This document shows, piece by piece, positions 1 to 14,800 of a DNA stretch of 64,000 bases. The stretch spans positions 73,286,001-73,350,000 of the forward strand of contig NC_045697.1 of assembly GCF_009834535.1 (NCBI RefSeq). The letters are read 5' to 3'. The stretch comes from Camelus ferus (lineage: Eukaryota). Every line of letters starts with the position of its first letter. Position 1 is the stretch's first letter. The translations under genes and the position numbers were made by a program. Below the pieces are notes generated by a model. The model worked only from the letters and a program-made list of their open reading frames with translations. It had not been told where the DNA came from and searched no databases.

Positions 1-1445
1 GAAAAGAAATAGTAAGAAGATAAACTTAACTCCAGACAGATGAACAATTATATTAAATATAAATGAATTACATGCTACAATTAAAAGGCAAAGAATGTCA
101 GAATGAACTTTTTTAAAAAGACTCAACTATATGTATTTTTTACAAGAAATAAAACTTAAATACAAATACACAGAGAGGTTGGAAGTAAAATGATAGAAAC
201 AGATATTCCACACAGTTAATAAGCATAAGAAAAATAGGGTCACTATATTAATACAATGTAAAATAGACCTAAGGACCAGAATATTACTAGAGGTGATTAG
301 AAAATTTCTCTTGAATGGTCAATCCATGAAGAAGACCATAATATTTCTAACTGTGTATGAACCTAATAACAGTGCTTTAAAAATGCATGAAGGAAAAACA
401 ATGTCAGGATTAAATGTAGAAATATACATAAATGTACAAATATAATTGGAGTATTTAACACCACTGTCTTTGTAATTGATGGAGCCAAGAAGTAACATCA
501 CTAAAAATATTGAAGATTTGAACAATATTTTAAATAACTTGCCCTAACTGACGTTTTAAAACATTATAATCAGTAACTACAGAACACACATATTTTTAAG
601 TGCATATGGAATGTTATAAATGATAGACCATTTGCTGCCTCATAAAACAAGCAGCAGTAAATTTCAACATATTGAAAACTTACAGAATATGTCCTGTTTC
701 CAAAATGAAATAAATTAGAAACAAGTAACAACAAGATACTTATAAAACTTTCAATACTTGAGAAATAAACCACATGCTAATAAATAGCACAGATCAAGGA
801 AGTAATCTGAAAAAAACGCTTTCCCCCAACATCAAGAACAAAGCCAGAATCTTTGCTTTTGCCACTTCCAATTCAACATGGAGGTCCTAGCCAGGACAAA
901 AGAGCAAGAAAAGCAAATAAAAGACATAAGTATTGGAAGAGAAAAAATTAAACTCTCTTTATTCACATTAGCTTCGTAGGACATGCTAAGAAACATAGAA
1001 ATACTGATACAGCTAATAAGTAAATTTTGCAAGGTTGGAAGTACAAGATCAATGTTTAAAAGTCAATTAATTGCATTTGGAAAGTTATAATTTACATTTT
1101 GGTTTCTAATAGAATGAAAAGATAGCTATGCAAGACGCTTACACGGAAAATGCTGTGAGACCTAGATTAATGAAAGATATACCATTCTTATGAATTGAAA
1201 GAATTAATATTGTTCAGATAGCAATATTCTTCAAGTTGATTTCTAGGTTGAGTGCAATCTCCTCCAAAATCCCTGAAGTTCTGTGTGTGTGTGTGTGTGT
1301 AAGCTGACAAGTTATTTCTAAAATACATATGAAAATGCAAACATCCTAAAATAGGCAGGAAGATCTTGAAAAACAAAGTTGGAGTATGCACACTATTTCA
1401 AGACTTATTATAAAGCTACCGTTATCAACCAACATGATACTGAAA
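1..1445 (+). mobile_element. Degenerate LINE-1 ORF2 fragment (endonuclease region, internal deletion, then RT/C-terminal region)
   Basis: A-rich sequence with recognisable L1 ORF2 stretches (gactcaactatatg...caagaaa, ccacttccaattcaacatggaggtcctagccagg, ttcaagacttattataaagctac). No intact ORF. Confidence 0.85.
1283..1300. repeat. Short (TG)n microsatellite inside the L1 fragment
   Basis: tgtgtgtgtgtgtgtgt seen directly. Confidence 0.9.
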
Positions 1446-2384
1446 AGCCATTACATGATGTATTTAATAAAAGACATCTTGTTTGATAAGAAAATTCTGT
1501 ATATCATCACTATTGCAAAGAATCTATAAATGATAGGTATTTTGATTAGCATTTCACTCATTTTTCTCTCCTTACTGGGACACAGAGAACATGACTGACC
1601 ATTTAATTGAATGAAATTAAATAGTGTTATAAGGAGACAAATAAATATAAATAGAGAGAGAGGCAGAGGAATAGGGAGGGAGACAAAGCAGGGAGATATG
1701 GATACTTGGTTTTTAAATTTTCGTGCTTAGTTTGTCTTTGAAATGTAACAAATGGAGAAATGGTTTTAGCTGGTTTGTGTTCAGTTCAGTTATTAAGGCA
1801 TTAAAACTGTTGTGCTGTGAATTGCTAACAATTATTTATCAATGTCATTTTGCTAAACTGACTAAGCAATCGTAATACATGAATCTACTTGACAGAGATT
1901 ATCAAGGCTTATATTCATACCAACTGGCTAGAAACCAAATACTTTGTAGCCTCCATCACTGCCCATATTATTGTAGCACAAGTCACAAAGTATGCTTATT
2001 CTTCCGTAAAAAAACAATTCAAGTAACTCCTGCACGTACTGCTAAACACATATATTGAAAGAATACTTGTTGATGTGTACTAAGGTAAGAAGGATAAAGA
2101 TGTGTTAAATATACCTACAACAGAAAGGTATAAAACTATTTTTCAAGAAATAGTTGTAGAAATCTTAAAAATATGCGTACTTCAAACACTCTACAAATCA
2201 GTATTGTTTGTTATTAGCAAACATTTTTATTATATCTACAAATAAAAGGGCAATAAGCAATATAGAATTCAACAATCCAGTGCATTTCTTCACTTTAATG
2301 AGTTCTGAATTAAACTATAGCAATTTTTATATTTCTTTGTGCTCCTTCAAATAGAAATATACCTTTATAGATCTTTCTCTTTAA

Positions 2385-5200
2385 TTAACGGAGTTTATTT
2401 TTTAGAGCAGTTTTAGGTTTACAGAAAAAAAGTAAGCAGAAAGTACACAGATTCTGATATAAGCCCTCACCCACACAGTTTCCCTACTATTAACATCCTT
2501 CATTAGTGTAGTACATTTCTTACTGTTTAATAAACCAATATTAATACATTATTATTAACTAAAGTCCATAGTTTACATTTGGGTTCACTTTTTTGTGTTA
2601 TATACTTGTATGAAAATGAACAAATGCATAATCTCATGTATCCACCATTACAGAGTAATTTCAGGGCCCTGAAAATCTGTGCTCCACTGATTTATCTCGC
2701 CCTTACCCTTCTACCCCAAATCCTGGCAACCACTAATCTTTTATTTACTCTCTATAGTTTTTCCTTTTCCAGAATATCATATACTTGGAACCATACAGCA
2801 TGTAGCTTTTTCAGACTGGCTTCTTTCATTTAGCCATATCCATTTAAAGTTCCTCTATGTTTGTTATGGCTAGTGGCTTATTTCCTTTTATTACTGAATA
2901 ATACCCCATTTGGTAGATGTCCTATACTTTGTCCACTCACCTGCTGAAAGACAGATTGGTTGCTTCCAATTTTTAGGCAGTTGTGAATAAAGCTACTACC
3001 AATATTCATGTTCAGAATATTGTGTAGATTTAAATTTTCAACTCAGTTGGGTGAATACGAATGAGCATGATTACTGGATCATAGAGGAAGGCTATCTTTA
3101 GTTTTGTAAAAGATGCGGGTCTTCCAAATGGACTGCACCATTTTGTATTCCTACCAGCAGGGAATGAGAGTTCCCTTTGTTTCACATCCTAGCCAGCATT
3201 TGGTGTTGTGCTTTGGATTTGAGCCATCCTAATAGGTGTGTAATCGTATCTCACTGATGTTTTGATTTACATTTCAGTAATGACCTTTGACGTTGAGTAT
3301 CTTTTCATATGCTTATTTACCATCTGTATATCTTCTTTGGTGAGTGTCTGTTCAGAACTTTTGCTTACTTTTTAATGCACTTAACCGACTTCTTAGTGTT
3401 GAGTTCTAAGAGTTCTTTGTACATTTTGTATAAGTGTACTTTATTGGACGTGTGTTTTTCACTTATATACTTCAGATCTCTGGCTTGTCCCTATTCAATT
3501 AACAGTGTCTTTCACACTTTCACAGAGTCGAAGTTTTTAATTTTAATGAAGTCTAACTTACTAGTTTCTTCTTTCATGGATCATGCATTTGATATTGTAT
3601 CAAAAAACTCATTGCCAAACCTGTTACCTAGATTTTCTCCTATGTTATCTTCTATAGTTTTATAGTTTTTCATTTTTCACTTAAGTCTATGATCCATTTT
3701 GAGTTAGTTTTTATAAAAGGTATAAGTTCAGGGTTCAGATTCATTTTTTTTTTTTGCATGTTTGTGTCCAGTTGTCTCAGCATCTTTCCTTGAAAAGATT
3801 ATCCTTTCTCTATGGAATTACCTTTGTCAAAGATCAGTTGACTATAATTGTGTGAGTCTATTTCTGGGCTCTATTCTGCTCCACTGATCTATTTTCCTAG
3901 TCTTTCACCAATACCACACTGTCTTGACTGATATAACTTTATATAAGTCTTGAAGTCCAGTTTTAAAGTCTTATTGGTTCTCTTTGATACTGTGTTGGCT
4001 ATGCTGAGTTTTTTGCCTTTCCATATAAACTTTAGAATCTGTTTGTCAATGTCCACAAAGTAACTTGCTGGGGTTTTGATTGGAATTGCATTAAATCTAT
4101 AGATCAAGTTGGGGAGAATTTATATCTTAACACTACTGAGTATTCTTATCTATGAACATAGACTGTCTCTCCATTTATTAAGAATTTCCCTGAGCTCCTT
4201 CATTAGAGTTCTGTAGTTTTCCTCCTATAGATCTTGTAGAAATTTGCTTAGATTTACACTAAAATATTTCTTTTCATGCTAACGTAAATGGTGTTGTGTT
4301 TTTAATTACAAAGTCCAATTGTTTATTTCTGATACTTAGGAAAGCAATTAATTTTATATACTAACCTTGTATCCTGCAATCTTGCTATAATCTTTTATTA
4401 GTTCCAGGAGCCTTTTTTATCAGTTCTTCCAGGTTTTCTACATAGGCAATTACGTCATCTGTGAACAGATTGTTTTATTTCTTCTTCCCAATCTGTGTAT
4501 CTTTTATTCCCCTTCCATATTTTATTGCATTAGGTGGAACTCCCAGTACAAAGTTGAAAAGGAGCAGTGAGAGGTCACACCCTTGTCTTACACCTGATCT
4601 TAGAGGGAAAGCCTCAAATATCTTGCCATCAAGTATAAGGTTAGATGTAGGGTTTTTGTAAATATTCTTTACAGAAAGAAAGGTTGAGAAATTTCCCATC
4701 TATTCCTAGTTTACTGAGAGATTTTATCATGAATGAATGTTAGATTCTGTCAAATGCTTTTTCTGCATATATTGATACAATCATGTGGGTTTTTTTTTTT
4801 AAGCCCATTGATGTGATTACACTGATTTTCCAACGTTGAACCAGCCTTGCATACCTGGGATAAATCCCACTTGGTCATGGTGTATCTTTTTTATGCATTG
4901 TTGAATCTGATTTGCCAATATTTTGTTGAGGATTTTTGCATCTGTGTTCATGAGAGATACTGATCTGTAGTTTTTCTTTTCTCATAATGTCTGTGCCTGG
5001 TTTTGGCATTAGGGTAATGCTGGCCCTCATAATTTAGGAAGTATTCCCTTTGCTTCTATCCTCTAAAAGAGATTGTAAAGTATACTTCTTCTCTAACAGT
5101 TGTAGACCCATCTGGGCTTGATGCTATTAATTACTAACTCAAACTCTCTAATATATATAGGTCTCTTTCTTCTTGTGTAAGTTTCCACAGTTTGTGTCTT
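2385..5200 (-). mobile_element. Degenerate LINE-1 (old L1M-type 3'UTR plus ORF2 RT/C-terminal remnant)
   Basis: Minus-strand ORF-track peptides [31 protein letters not shown] (3889-4107) and FEAFPLRSGVRQGCDLSLLLFNFVL (4475-4699) are decayed L1 ORF2 motifs. An L1M 3' end begins at ~2390. Confidence 0.92.
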
Positions 5201-5594
5201 AATTTTGGGAACTTCTCAGACATTATTGCTCCAAATTCTTCTGTACCTTTCTTTCTTCTCCTTTTGGCATTTCCAATATGCATGTGTTAAACCTCTTGTA
5301 ACTATTTCACAGTTTGGGGGTATTCTGTTCCACTTTTTTTCTGTTTCTTTTTGTTCTTTGCTTCTCAACTTGGGAAGTTTCTATTGACATATATTCAAGC
5401 TCACTAATTCTCTGTATTTGCCTGTTTCTCCAGTTTCATGGGCAGCAGTTTGCCTTGTGATCTCAGTTCTCTGATGGCTGTAAGAAGAGTTGTTCATTCT
5501 CAGTTTGCTAACCTTTTTTCTTATGAGAATGGAGTGAATACTTCCAAACTTCCTACATGTCAGACCAGAAACCATAAGTCTCCACATATTATTT

Positions 5595-6740
5595 ACATTT
5601 TTTCAGCTTTACTGAGGTACAGTTGACAAAAATAATTTTAAGATACATAAAGTGTACAACGTGATAATTTGATATAAATATATATTGTGAACAGATTCCA
5701 CCCCCAATGGAGGAATGGAGTTAATTAACATATCCATCACCTCATATATTTACCTTTTTTGTTTGTTTGTTTTTTGGTGAGAACACTGAAGTTCTACTCT
5801 TCTAGAAAATTTCAGCTATAAAGTACAGTATATCACTTATAGTCACCATGTTATACATTAGGGTCTCAGATATATTCATCTTATAACTGAAAGTTTGTAC
5901 ACTTTTACCAACCTCTCTGTAATTCCGCCACCCCCAGCCTCTGGCAACCATTATTCTATTCTCTGTTTCTATGAGTCTGACTTTTCTTTCTTTCTTTCTT
6001 CTTTTTTTTTTGGATTCCACATGTAAGTGATATTATGCAGTATGCAGTATTTATCTTCCTCTGTCCGGCTTATTTCTCTTAGCCAATGCCCTCCAGTTTT
6101 ATCCATGTTGTCACAAATAGCAGAATTTTCTTCATTTTTAAGGCTGAATAATATTACATCATGCATATAGATCACATTTTCTTTATCCATTCATCCACTG
6201 ATGGACACTTAGGTTGTTTCCATACCTTAGCTACTATGAATAATGCTGCTATGAATATGGGAGTACTGATAATTCCTTGAGGTAATGCCTTTGTTTCCTT
6301 TGGATAAAGAGCAAGAAGTGGCATTGTTGGGTCACATAGCAGTTTATTTTTAATTTCTTGAGAACCCTCCATGTTATTTCCCATAGTGACTCTACCAGTT
6401 CACATTCTCACCAGCACTGTATACCAACAATGTTCCCTTTGCTCTACATACTCACTAGCATTTGCTATCTCTTGTCTTTTTGACAACAACCACTCTAGCA
6501 AAAGTCAGTATCTCCTTATGGTTTTGATTTGCATCTTCCTGAAGATAATGTTGAGCATGTTTTCATGAACCTGTTGGTCATCTATATGTCTTCTTTGGGA
6601 AATGACTATTCAGATCCTTTGCCCATTTTCAAAATAGGTTGTTTATTATTATGCTGTTGAGTTATATGAATTCTTTGTATATTTTGGATATTAACCCTTT
6701 TTTGGATATGTGGTTTGCAAATATTTTCTCCCATCCCTTA
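5595..6740 (-). mobile_element. LINE-1 3' portion (L1MA-like), 5'-truncated
   Basis: Minus-strand peptide IFIAALFIVAKVWKQPKCPSVDEWIKKM is the L1 ORF2 C-terminus, followed by a typical L1MA 3'UTR. Confidence 0.92.
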
Positions 6741-7409
6741 AATTAGGCTTCACATATCTTTATTGTTGTACTTCGGATATTTAAAATTTTACTACCAGCT
6801 AGTTTGTATTATAACATAATATATTATACTATAGTTTGTATATATATTTACAGAAGTGATTTGTAAATTATTGGAGTCATCTGAGGGCTTGAAGATGGGT
6901 AATTTTAATGAGGCAGCAAGAAGAACAACACAAGAACTCTGAGAACTCAGAAATTATGAAAGAAATACATAAAGAAGCAAGTGGAGACCCACAGTCAGAA
7001 GCCAATACTGAGAGATTTGAAGGAATAGATTAAGCCAAAGGTATAAGTTAAAAGAATAATTCACTAGTCATGAAACAGAGCATCTGCGCTTGTGGTGTTC
7101 TGCATATTCCTTCCAAGTGGAATATTTGGGGAATATTAATTCAGGGGAAAAAAAATTAGTAGAGCCTATAATTTTCCCTACAATTTGTCTCTTTTTGTTG
7201 TTGTTCTTTGTCAAAGTTAGTTGATCCAATGTTTCTAGAGACATAAATTCCTAACTGAAAAAAATTTCTAAGTCAAAATGACCTTGATAATCCTCCTAAA
7301 TAATCATCTTCATTGGATGTGTTACAACGCTTAAGAGCTTAGGCTCTGGATTCAAGCTGATCTGGACCTGAAACTCAGTTCTCGCACCACATTAGTTAGG
7401 GTACCGTTT

Positions 7410-7830
7410 GGATTGCTGAAAGAGTGAGAAAGTAGGGAGGGCCCTAAACACAAAAGTTGGCTTCCTTCTCCTTCATGTAGAGGTCTGGCTGAGCTGGCCT
7501 GGCCTGGCTTTGTGCTTTGACACTGTTGAGCTCTCGGGCTCCTTGCATTATGTTGCTTTGTCACACTCTACCCGTGGCTTTCAGACACGTGGCCAAGTAA
7601 GGTACAGTCCCTTTAAAGGTAAGACCCAGAAGCTGCCAACAGCATGCTTTAGTTCAAAACTATTGACCAAAATGTAGTATCATGGTTATCTATGACTAAC
7701 TGCAAGAGAGGATGGGAAATGGGGTCCCTAGTTGAGGTTTAAGCCATGTGCCTAATCTAAACTCAGGGGTTTTTTCACTGAAAGTGAAAGAGGAGAATAG
7801 ATATTGGGGGGACGACCAGCAGTCCACTAC
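7410..7830 (-). mobile_element. Ancient MaLR LTR (MLT1-like) interrupting a MIR
   Basis: tattgaccaaaatgtagtatcatgg...aactgcaagagaggatgggaaat resembles an MLT1 internal motif. MIR-like halves lie at ~7325-7400 and ~7835-8010. Confidence 0.55.
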
Positions 7831-8604
7831 ACCTTACTTATTTGTTGTGTGACCATGGGTGAGGCATTTATCCTCTCCAACTCACTTTCCTCATCTGCAG
7901 AGTAGGAATGCTCATCAAGCTTGCACCACAGCGTTTTACTGCACACTGACGAGGTGTCAGCCAGCGAGTCACTAACGGAGGGTAGGTGCTGCTACACGTT
8001 GGTTATCAGTATTCATGTGTGTTCTTCATCTGAAGAACAGTTAACAGGAGCCTCAGTGGATATTTCCCTTTGTTCTGTACTAATAACACAAGGTCAGGTG
8101 TTTTCACAGGAAGATTTTTGGGATTTTTGAGTTTAGGGTTTTACCATAGAGTACACCAATTGCATCTCTGTAGATTTAAAAAGGGAGCCTTTAGCCAAGA
8201 ATTGTGGTTATTGACCAATCATCTAAATTAATTTTACCATTTCTGCTGGTTCTTACTAGCTAAAGGTATACCTTTGTGAACCTAAAATACTTTCACTCAC
8301 ACTTTAAAAAATGAATCTATACGCTCTTCATTTTTGCCTATAATTTCAGAATAATAGCACTTAGATTCAGCCTCTCTCAGATTCTGACATGTTCTCACGA
8401 AAGTATTTGTGTAGAACCACTGAATAATCCTTATGCCAAGAATTTACATAAATTTACCTCAATATTAAAAAAATTTAGCATATGACTAAACTATATGGAA
8501 GCTCAATCTATTATGATATTTATATAGTTAAAATTTGTCAATTTAACATTGGGATCAGTCAAATCACAATTTCCAGCAAGCATATTTAGCCCATAGAAAC
8601 AAGT

Positions 8605-8720
8605 TTTCTCTCCTTCCTTCCTTCCTTCCTTCCTTCCTTCCTTCCTTCCTTCCTTTTCTTTCTTTCCTTTCTTTCTTTCTTTCTTTTCTTTTCTTTTCTT
8701 TTCTTTCTTTCTTTCTTTCT

Positions 8721-8800
<80 letters not shown>

Positions 8801-8853
8801 TTCTTTTCTTTCTTCCTTTCTTCCTTTCTTTCTTTTTCTTTCTTTCTTTCCCT
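8605..8853. repeat. Compound (TTCC)n/(TTTC)n polypyrimidine microsatellite, ~250 bp
   Basis: Seen directly; it generates the spurious K/E/R-rich ORFs at 8503-8878. Confidence 0.98.
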
Positions 8854-11800
8854 CACTGGAATCATATGTAATTACCATTCATTAAATGTAAAATTAAATA
8901 ATTTTATTATTACATTTGACATGTGGGTGGGGCACTGAAAATGTTATTTCAAATCTAGCTTTTGCTTGAGCAATGACTGTTGAAATTATCCCACTACAAG
9001 CCTCAAACCACAATGTCATGTCTTCAATGGCAATGATTACTCATAAAGAATATTCCCTGCACTCTGACAGAATCATTATTCCAACTTCAACAACAATAAC
9101 TGGTCCATATTAGATTACATCACTCTACAGAACATAAACCACCTTTGTACATTGTCTCAGGCATTTGAGGTTACATTGGATGCACTACATTGTGAAAAGT
9201 AAATCTATTAAATAAACCACAATTGATGCACACTTGAATTTGTATATATAATTTCCAACTTAATTCAGGAGGCTATTTTTTCTGTAAAGACCCATCCTTT
9301 CATCTCTGTCCCCCATCCATTTTCTAGATATTCCAAAATGTAAATTTCAAATAAAACCCAGCACAGCAAATTATTTTACTTTCTAAATCTAGGCCTCAAA
9401 TTTAGAAAACTATTGCATCAAGTGAGAAAAATAAAGGTAAAAAGATTGTAAATTCTAGGTTATAAACAAGCAAATGTATAACTGGGGCAAATCGAGTACC
9501 TTCTTTATGTTAATTTGCTGCAAGACACCATATCTAGTGCAGTGCCATTTTGCTTACAGTTGGAAAACTCTGTACCTGATGTTGACCTTTTACAGAAACC
9601 AAGGACAATCTTTTTCACAGATTAAAAGACCATAAAAGTGCTAGTCCTGCCATTGCCAGAAGCACTAACTGAACCTCTAAAGAGAATTATTTGCCAAAAG
9701 GAAAAAAAAAAGATCCAGACAAGTTTCTATAATATGCACCATCCTTAACAAGGGAGCTAGAAAAGAAAGCATATCAAATCAGCCATCAGGTTGGATGAAT
9801 TAACAAGAGTGGCTTGATGCCTTCCGAGCCAGGAGACGCTGTGTTATGTTTTTGCCTTAAAAAAAAAAAATCCCTTATGTGTAGTCAGCAGGACTCTGGC
9901 CTTTTAACTTTTAACATGCTTCTACAGTTAAGCTGCTCTGCTCTCCACTCAAATAGCTGTCCACGGCTGCTGCAAATTGATTTATCCCCAGATAATGGCT
10001 GCGGTTGATGACCAAAATGTCACCATAAAACTCTTTAGCAATTTAAGGTGTGTTTGACCTAATAGAACCTGATTTGAACCCTATTTTTCATATTGGCATT
10101 TGCACAAATTCTTAGAGGAATGTTCAAGTTGTATTTAATATTCAACTTATTTTTCCACCTCAGAGTGGTTGACTTTTTTTTTTTTTTTTTTTTTTTTTTG
10201 GTAGCAAAGCTTATGACATAGCCCTCAAAGAATTGTAGGAGCCACAGGAAAAATATGGTATTGGAGCTAAAAACATCCAGAGGATAGACAAAGTCAGAGC
10301 TAGATTTTGTGCAGAGAGCACTAATTCAAATCACATTTGGGATTCAGCAAGCATTACGTAGGTCCTCACTGCACCACTAAAATAGGTTAATTAATCACAA
10401 TGAATCTGGACTAAAGGAAAAACCAAACAAAAACATTATTCTTTAAATAACCTTTAAACATTATAAGGAGATATATGGTGGTGGTAATCTGTGAATAAAA
10501 TATTATATTTTTGAAAGTATGACATATATATTGCTATTTTCCTTATTCACAAAGTGGAACACTTTCAGTTCGGGTTAACCTCAGTGTGGGTCTTTAAGGA
10601 ATCTTTACTAAAGTGATTTTTCTTAAATACACGATTACATGCAGAGTGGAATTAAATTGGTTAAATGTTTATCGCCCAGATCATTTCAAATCTCAAGGAA
10701 CTTGCTTACAAACTATTCACATATGACTGCTTTGAGCCCAATGAGGGCTTTCTCTAAGTAAGATGTAATATGTAATTAAGGATATTAATCCAACTTGGTA
10801 AGAGAGAAATTCAATATAGACTTCAAAATCTCTGTGTGAGAATCTCTGAAAACATATTTTAGCACAATTTCCTACTTCTGTTTTTAAGCAATAATTTATA
10901 GGCTACCACAAAGAATTTATCTATTAGTGATATCCAAAATATCAGACAAAGTTATAATATTATAACACTTGAGTCACAAGATCATGAAACAATACTTAGT
11001 GTAAAATGCATTAAAGAAAAGGACTAGGTCTGATCCCTATGCAAAAGTAAACACTTGTATTTCCTTAATGGCTTCTGAATGCCCTTAAAATATTAGTGGC
11101 TGACCCAGTTTTATACATACATTGAATATAACCACTTTTAGTGTTGAACTAATTCTATCAGAAAGATTGCTTTCGTCCAGAACCCTCTCTTTTTTCATAT
11201 GTGCATGTTTATAATTCTTCAAAAAATGAGAACAAGGGTAACATCAAAACATTCTACTATTTAAAAATTGTAGCAATTCTCTAAAAGCACTGAATTAATT
11301 ATTTTAGCACTACTTAATGTAGACTATTCCTAAATAGAAAGAATGTCTTATATATAAGATAAATGGCTTGCCAGCTGATAAGATCTATAGAAATTCCTAA
11401 TTCCCATAATAGTAAAAAAATAATTCTCAGGTTTCAGTCATTTCAGTAAATAAAAAATGTAAAAGGCAGGTATAAATGAAAGAAATATCTGCAATGATAG
11501 ATGTAAAGTGGAGAGAAAATTAGGTCACTCAGCAGAGACATGTATAATAAATTATTTGATGTCATACGTAAAAGAATGCTTGGTGTTTACTGAAAAATGA
11601 TTTTTAAATGGAAAGTTCATATACAAAGCATTAGTTTTAATCTGTGAAAAATAAGAGATTCTGTCAAAATTAACATTTACATAAGGAGCAGATTATAATT
11701 TATTCCATCTGTTCATGGCAATATTAACAAATATCCTGTGCATTGCATTACAAGCTGTATATCACAATGAAGAAAGGAATGGAGAGGTTACAATTTTGAA

Positions 11801-14800
11801 ATTAATGGTAATCTCCGAGAATCAAGCACATTTCAAAACACTGACAGTTGGTCATAAGAAACTCATACATTTGATGGAAAAAAGGATTTCTAAAGATAAT
11901 CTAAAATTTTATCATTGCTTCCAGATAGGTTGGAGGCCACAAAGAATTGGTTTTGGGTTCAATTGTACAATTGCTTCGTTTGAATTTTAATATGTTGAGA
12001 AGTAAATCACTGTATGTTTTGCAATGCCTAAGAAAAACTCTCTTTTCCCTCAAACTATAAACTGACATAAACACCAACAACACCTTTTACAGACGGGAGA
12101 GGTAAAATTAAAGTGGTAAGATTAAAGTTAAAGGTAAAAATTGAAGTATTTAATTTTTAAGTAATTAATTAATTTCACTCTATAAAGATAATTTCACTTC
12201 ATCAGTTTGAGTGCCAATTCACTGAAATCAGGAAATAGGTGGAATTTTAATCTATAAGTCATATAAGTTTAAAAAAACAGTTTTTAATATTTAACTTGGA
12301 ATTATATGATTTCATCCTTTACCCAAGTAATGTTTAATTGAAGTACACGGAAGGAAGTTGGCCTATGAGGAACCATAAAATCTCCACTGTGTTTTGCTGT
12401 ATGGTTTTTTCTTCCTCTGGGTTATAAAAGGGCAGGACTAGAAAAATCCCGTGTTTCCTGTTCATTTAACAAACATATTCACCTACAAAATGACTCCCTC
12501 CCCTGTCTCCCCCATTTGCGTTTCCCAAGGCTGCAGAGTTCACGCACACGTGCATCAACACCTGAAAGTGACAGGGCTGATGTGTGTCTTCTTGTGGATG
12601 CAGCGCTCATGGTCATGAGGGAATGGATGTGTAATGCCGTGCTGATACCAGCCAAGTAATATAATGTGCTGCCGTTAGGAACATTATTCATAGTTGATGA
12701 ACACATACCTTTTCTAGTGAAACACATACATTTCAGAAAGAAATGCATAGATCATTTACTGAAGCACATTTATTATAGCAAAATGTGTACCTCAACTAAT
12801 GAAACACATAGATCATAGAGTAAAATGATTATCCTTATATCAGGCAGATTTAACCATTTATGGATGTTTTAGGGACCAGCCAGTTTGGGTTAGCAGGCCA
12901 GAGCTGAATTTACAAACAACAACCTCAACATTTTTCTGGATTAACTCTTTATTATCATCATAATTATTTTGTATGTCACTTGCTTTTCAAAACAAAGGCG
13001 TGCTTTGTGTCTTTAGTGCTACTGTTTCTTCTACAATTACTTACTCACAGTTAACAGGATATTTATCTTTTAACATCCTTACCAGTGTGTTAACCAGTAC
13101 TCAACGTGAGTAACAGTGAGAAACTGAAATACGGTGTTTAGGGAAGGCAGGGGGTGTTTGGGGTGCCAATTTATTGCTTCCCTTCAAATAAAATTTAGCA
13201 CTTGGATTTTGACACAATTGTATTCCGGGACCAGCAGCACATCTTGACACAATCTACCTTTATCTGCAGTAACAAATGCCAAGAAAAGCCAGAAATAGGA
13301 TGTGAGTCAGTGCCCCTGCTCCTCCAGGGTCAGCAGTAAACTATCAATTCCCACTGTATAAATTCAGTTAGCTCTGGCTCTCTATTGCCCTGAGGAACAG
13401 AGTGGGTCAAACACTTTGTTTATGGCTAAGGAATCCCTCAGTACACCAAGCTTTGACCATAACCCTAACTCACCAGAGCTGGAAAGGGATGTGAATTCCA
13501 GCCTTTTGCTTTAGCAAGAACATAATTCACACAGATGGACATTGCGCTGAGAAACTTTGCGAGATTGATCTGATTTGTATCATTGTCCTGTATTGTGTGT
13601 GAAAGTCTGTCTTAGCCTGAGCTTCTCTCAAAGCCTTGCAGAATGGCCGCTATCAGCTTTTGACTTTCTTTTAAAAAGCAAAGCTAAGTTAAAGAATTCT
13701 CTTCTCCATTTTGCTTCTCTTTCATCCTATTAATACATGTGTGAACAAAAGTACAGAGAAGTAAAGGGGGGGGAAACAAAGTCAAATGTGAAAAATGATT
13801 CCCAAAGGAAGGTAAGCAAAGTCTTTCCCTATGCATAACATAAAATAAATGTTTTTGTTCTTCATTACTTAATTCAATGAATCAATCCAAATTTCAATTG
13901 CTTATCTACATTCAGAGTGAGTCGATCTTAATTTCATCTCTTCTCTCTTTTTAGGATCTTCTCCTTGAGATTCAAGACATTCTTCATCTTAGGATGAGAC
14001 ATTGCCCTTCTGATTTTTGTAGCTGACTTTGGAACTGCCATTCTTTCCAACTTCAACTTGAAAACTTGGCTACGGATGTTCATTATATTTGAAAGTTTAT
14101 ATTTTCAAATGTACTCACGACACATCATCATTCAATCTTGCATTTGTTGTTTGTTTACTCCCCTTCCATCACGTTGTACAATGCTGATTCCTTGGATACA
14201 GGAGGTAGAGGAGATAAAATTGGATTAAATGGAGTATCGACACAACGCACAGTGGGTTTCTCACTGAGTTACTCCACTTTTTCTTAAGTTATAGGAGCTC
14301 ATTTCATTATTCAGTGAACCCTCTAGTGACCCTGGGATTTCACTATATAATTTATGTTTCCTGATACAATTCAACAGTGTAATCTTATGATTTATGTGCT
14401 TCATTTATAATTTGATCATCTCAGTATAATGCATGTTTTTCTACATGATTTATGTACTTTATCCCATAATATATGTGTTTCCCTGTATGATATATGTATT
14501 CATCAGCCATGTATTACGGCCCTGGTGGCACATTCCTAGAAAACGAGGTAGAATACCCCAGCCTGAGGGTAAGTCCTGAGGTTAATTGCAATCAATTCAC
14601 CTTCCACACAATTACACTTTCATCCACAGAAGCTTGTGAAGTTAGCATGCTTAATGTGACAGCAGCAGGGAGGCAAGTGTGCCAGTTTCTTTTTTCCCTA
14701 GATCCGAGAAAAAGCAAATTCCAGCAGCAGATCAGGGAATCAGAGCCCCACACTTCAGTTTTCGCTAAAAAAAATATTTCAGGTGTTATTAATCACATGT

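Noticed and set aside
3309..6568. ORFs with reverse-transcriptase-like or other protein-like segments
   Set aside because: Fragmented, frameshifted L1 ORF2 relics or their antisense frames; not functional genes or a novel RT system
8503..8878. K/E/R-rich ORFs of 104-120 aa
   Set aside because: They are translations of the (GAAA)n/(GGAA)n microsatellite
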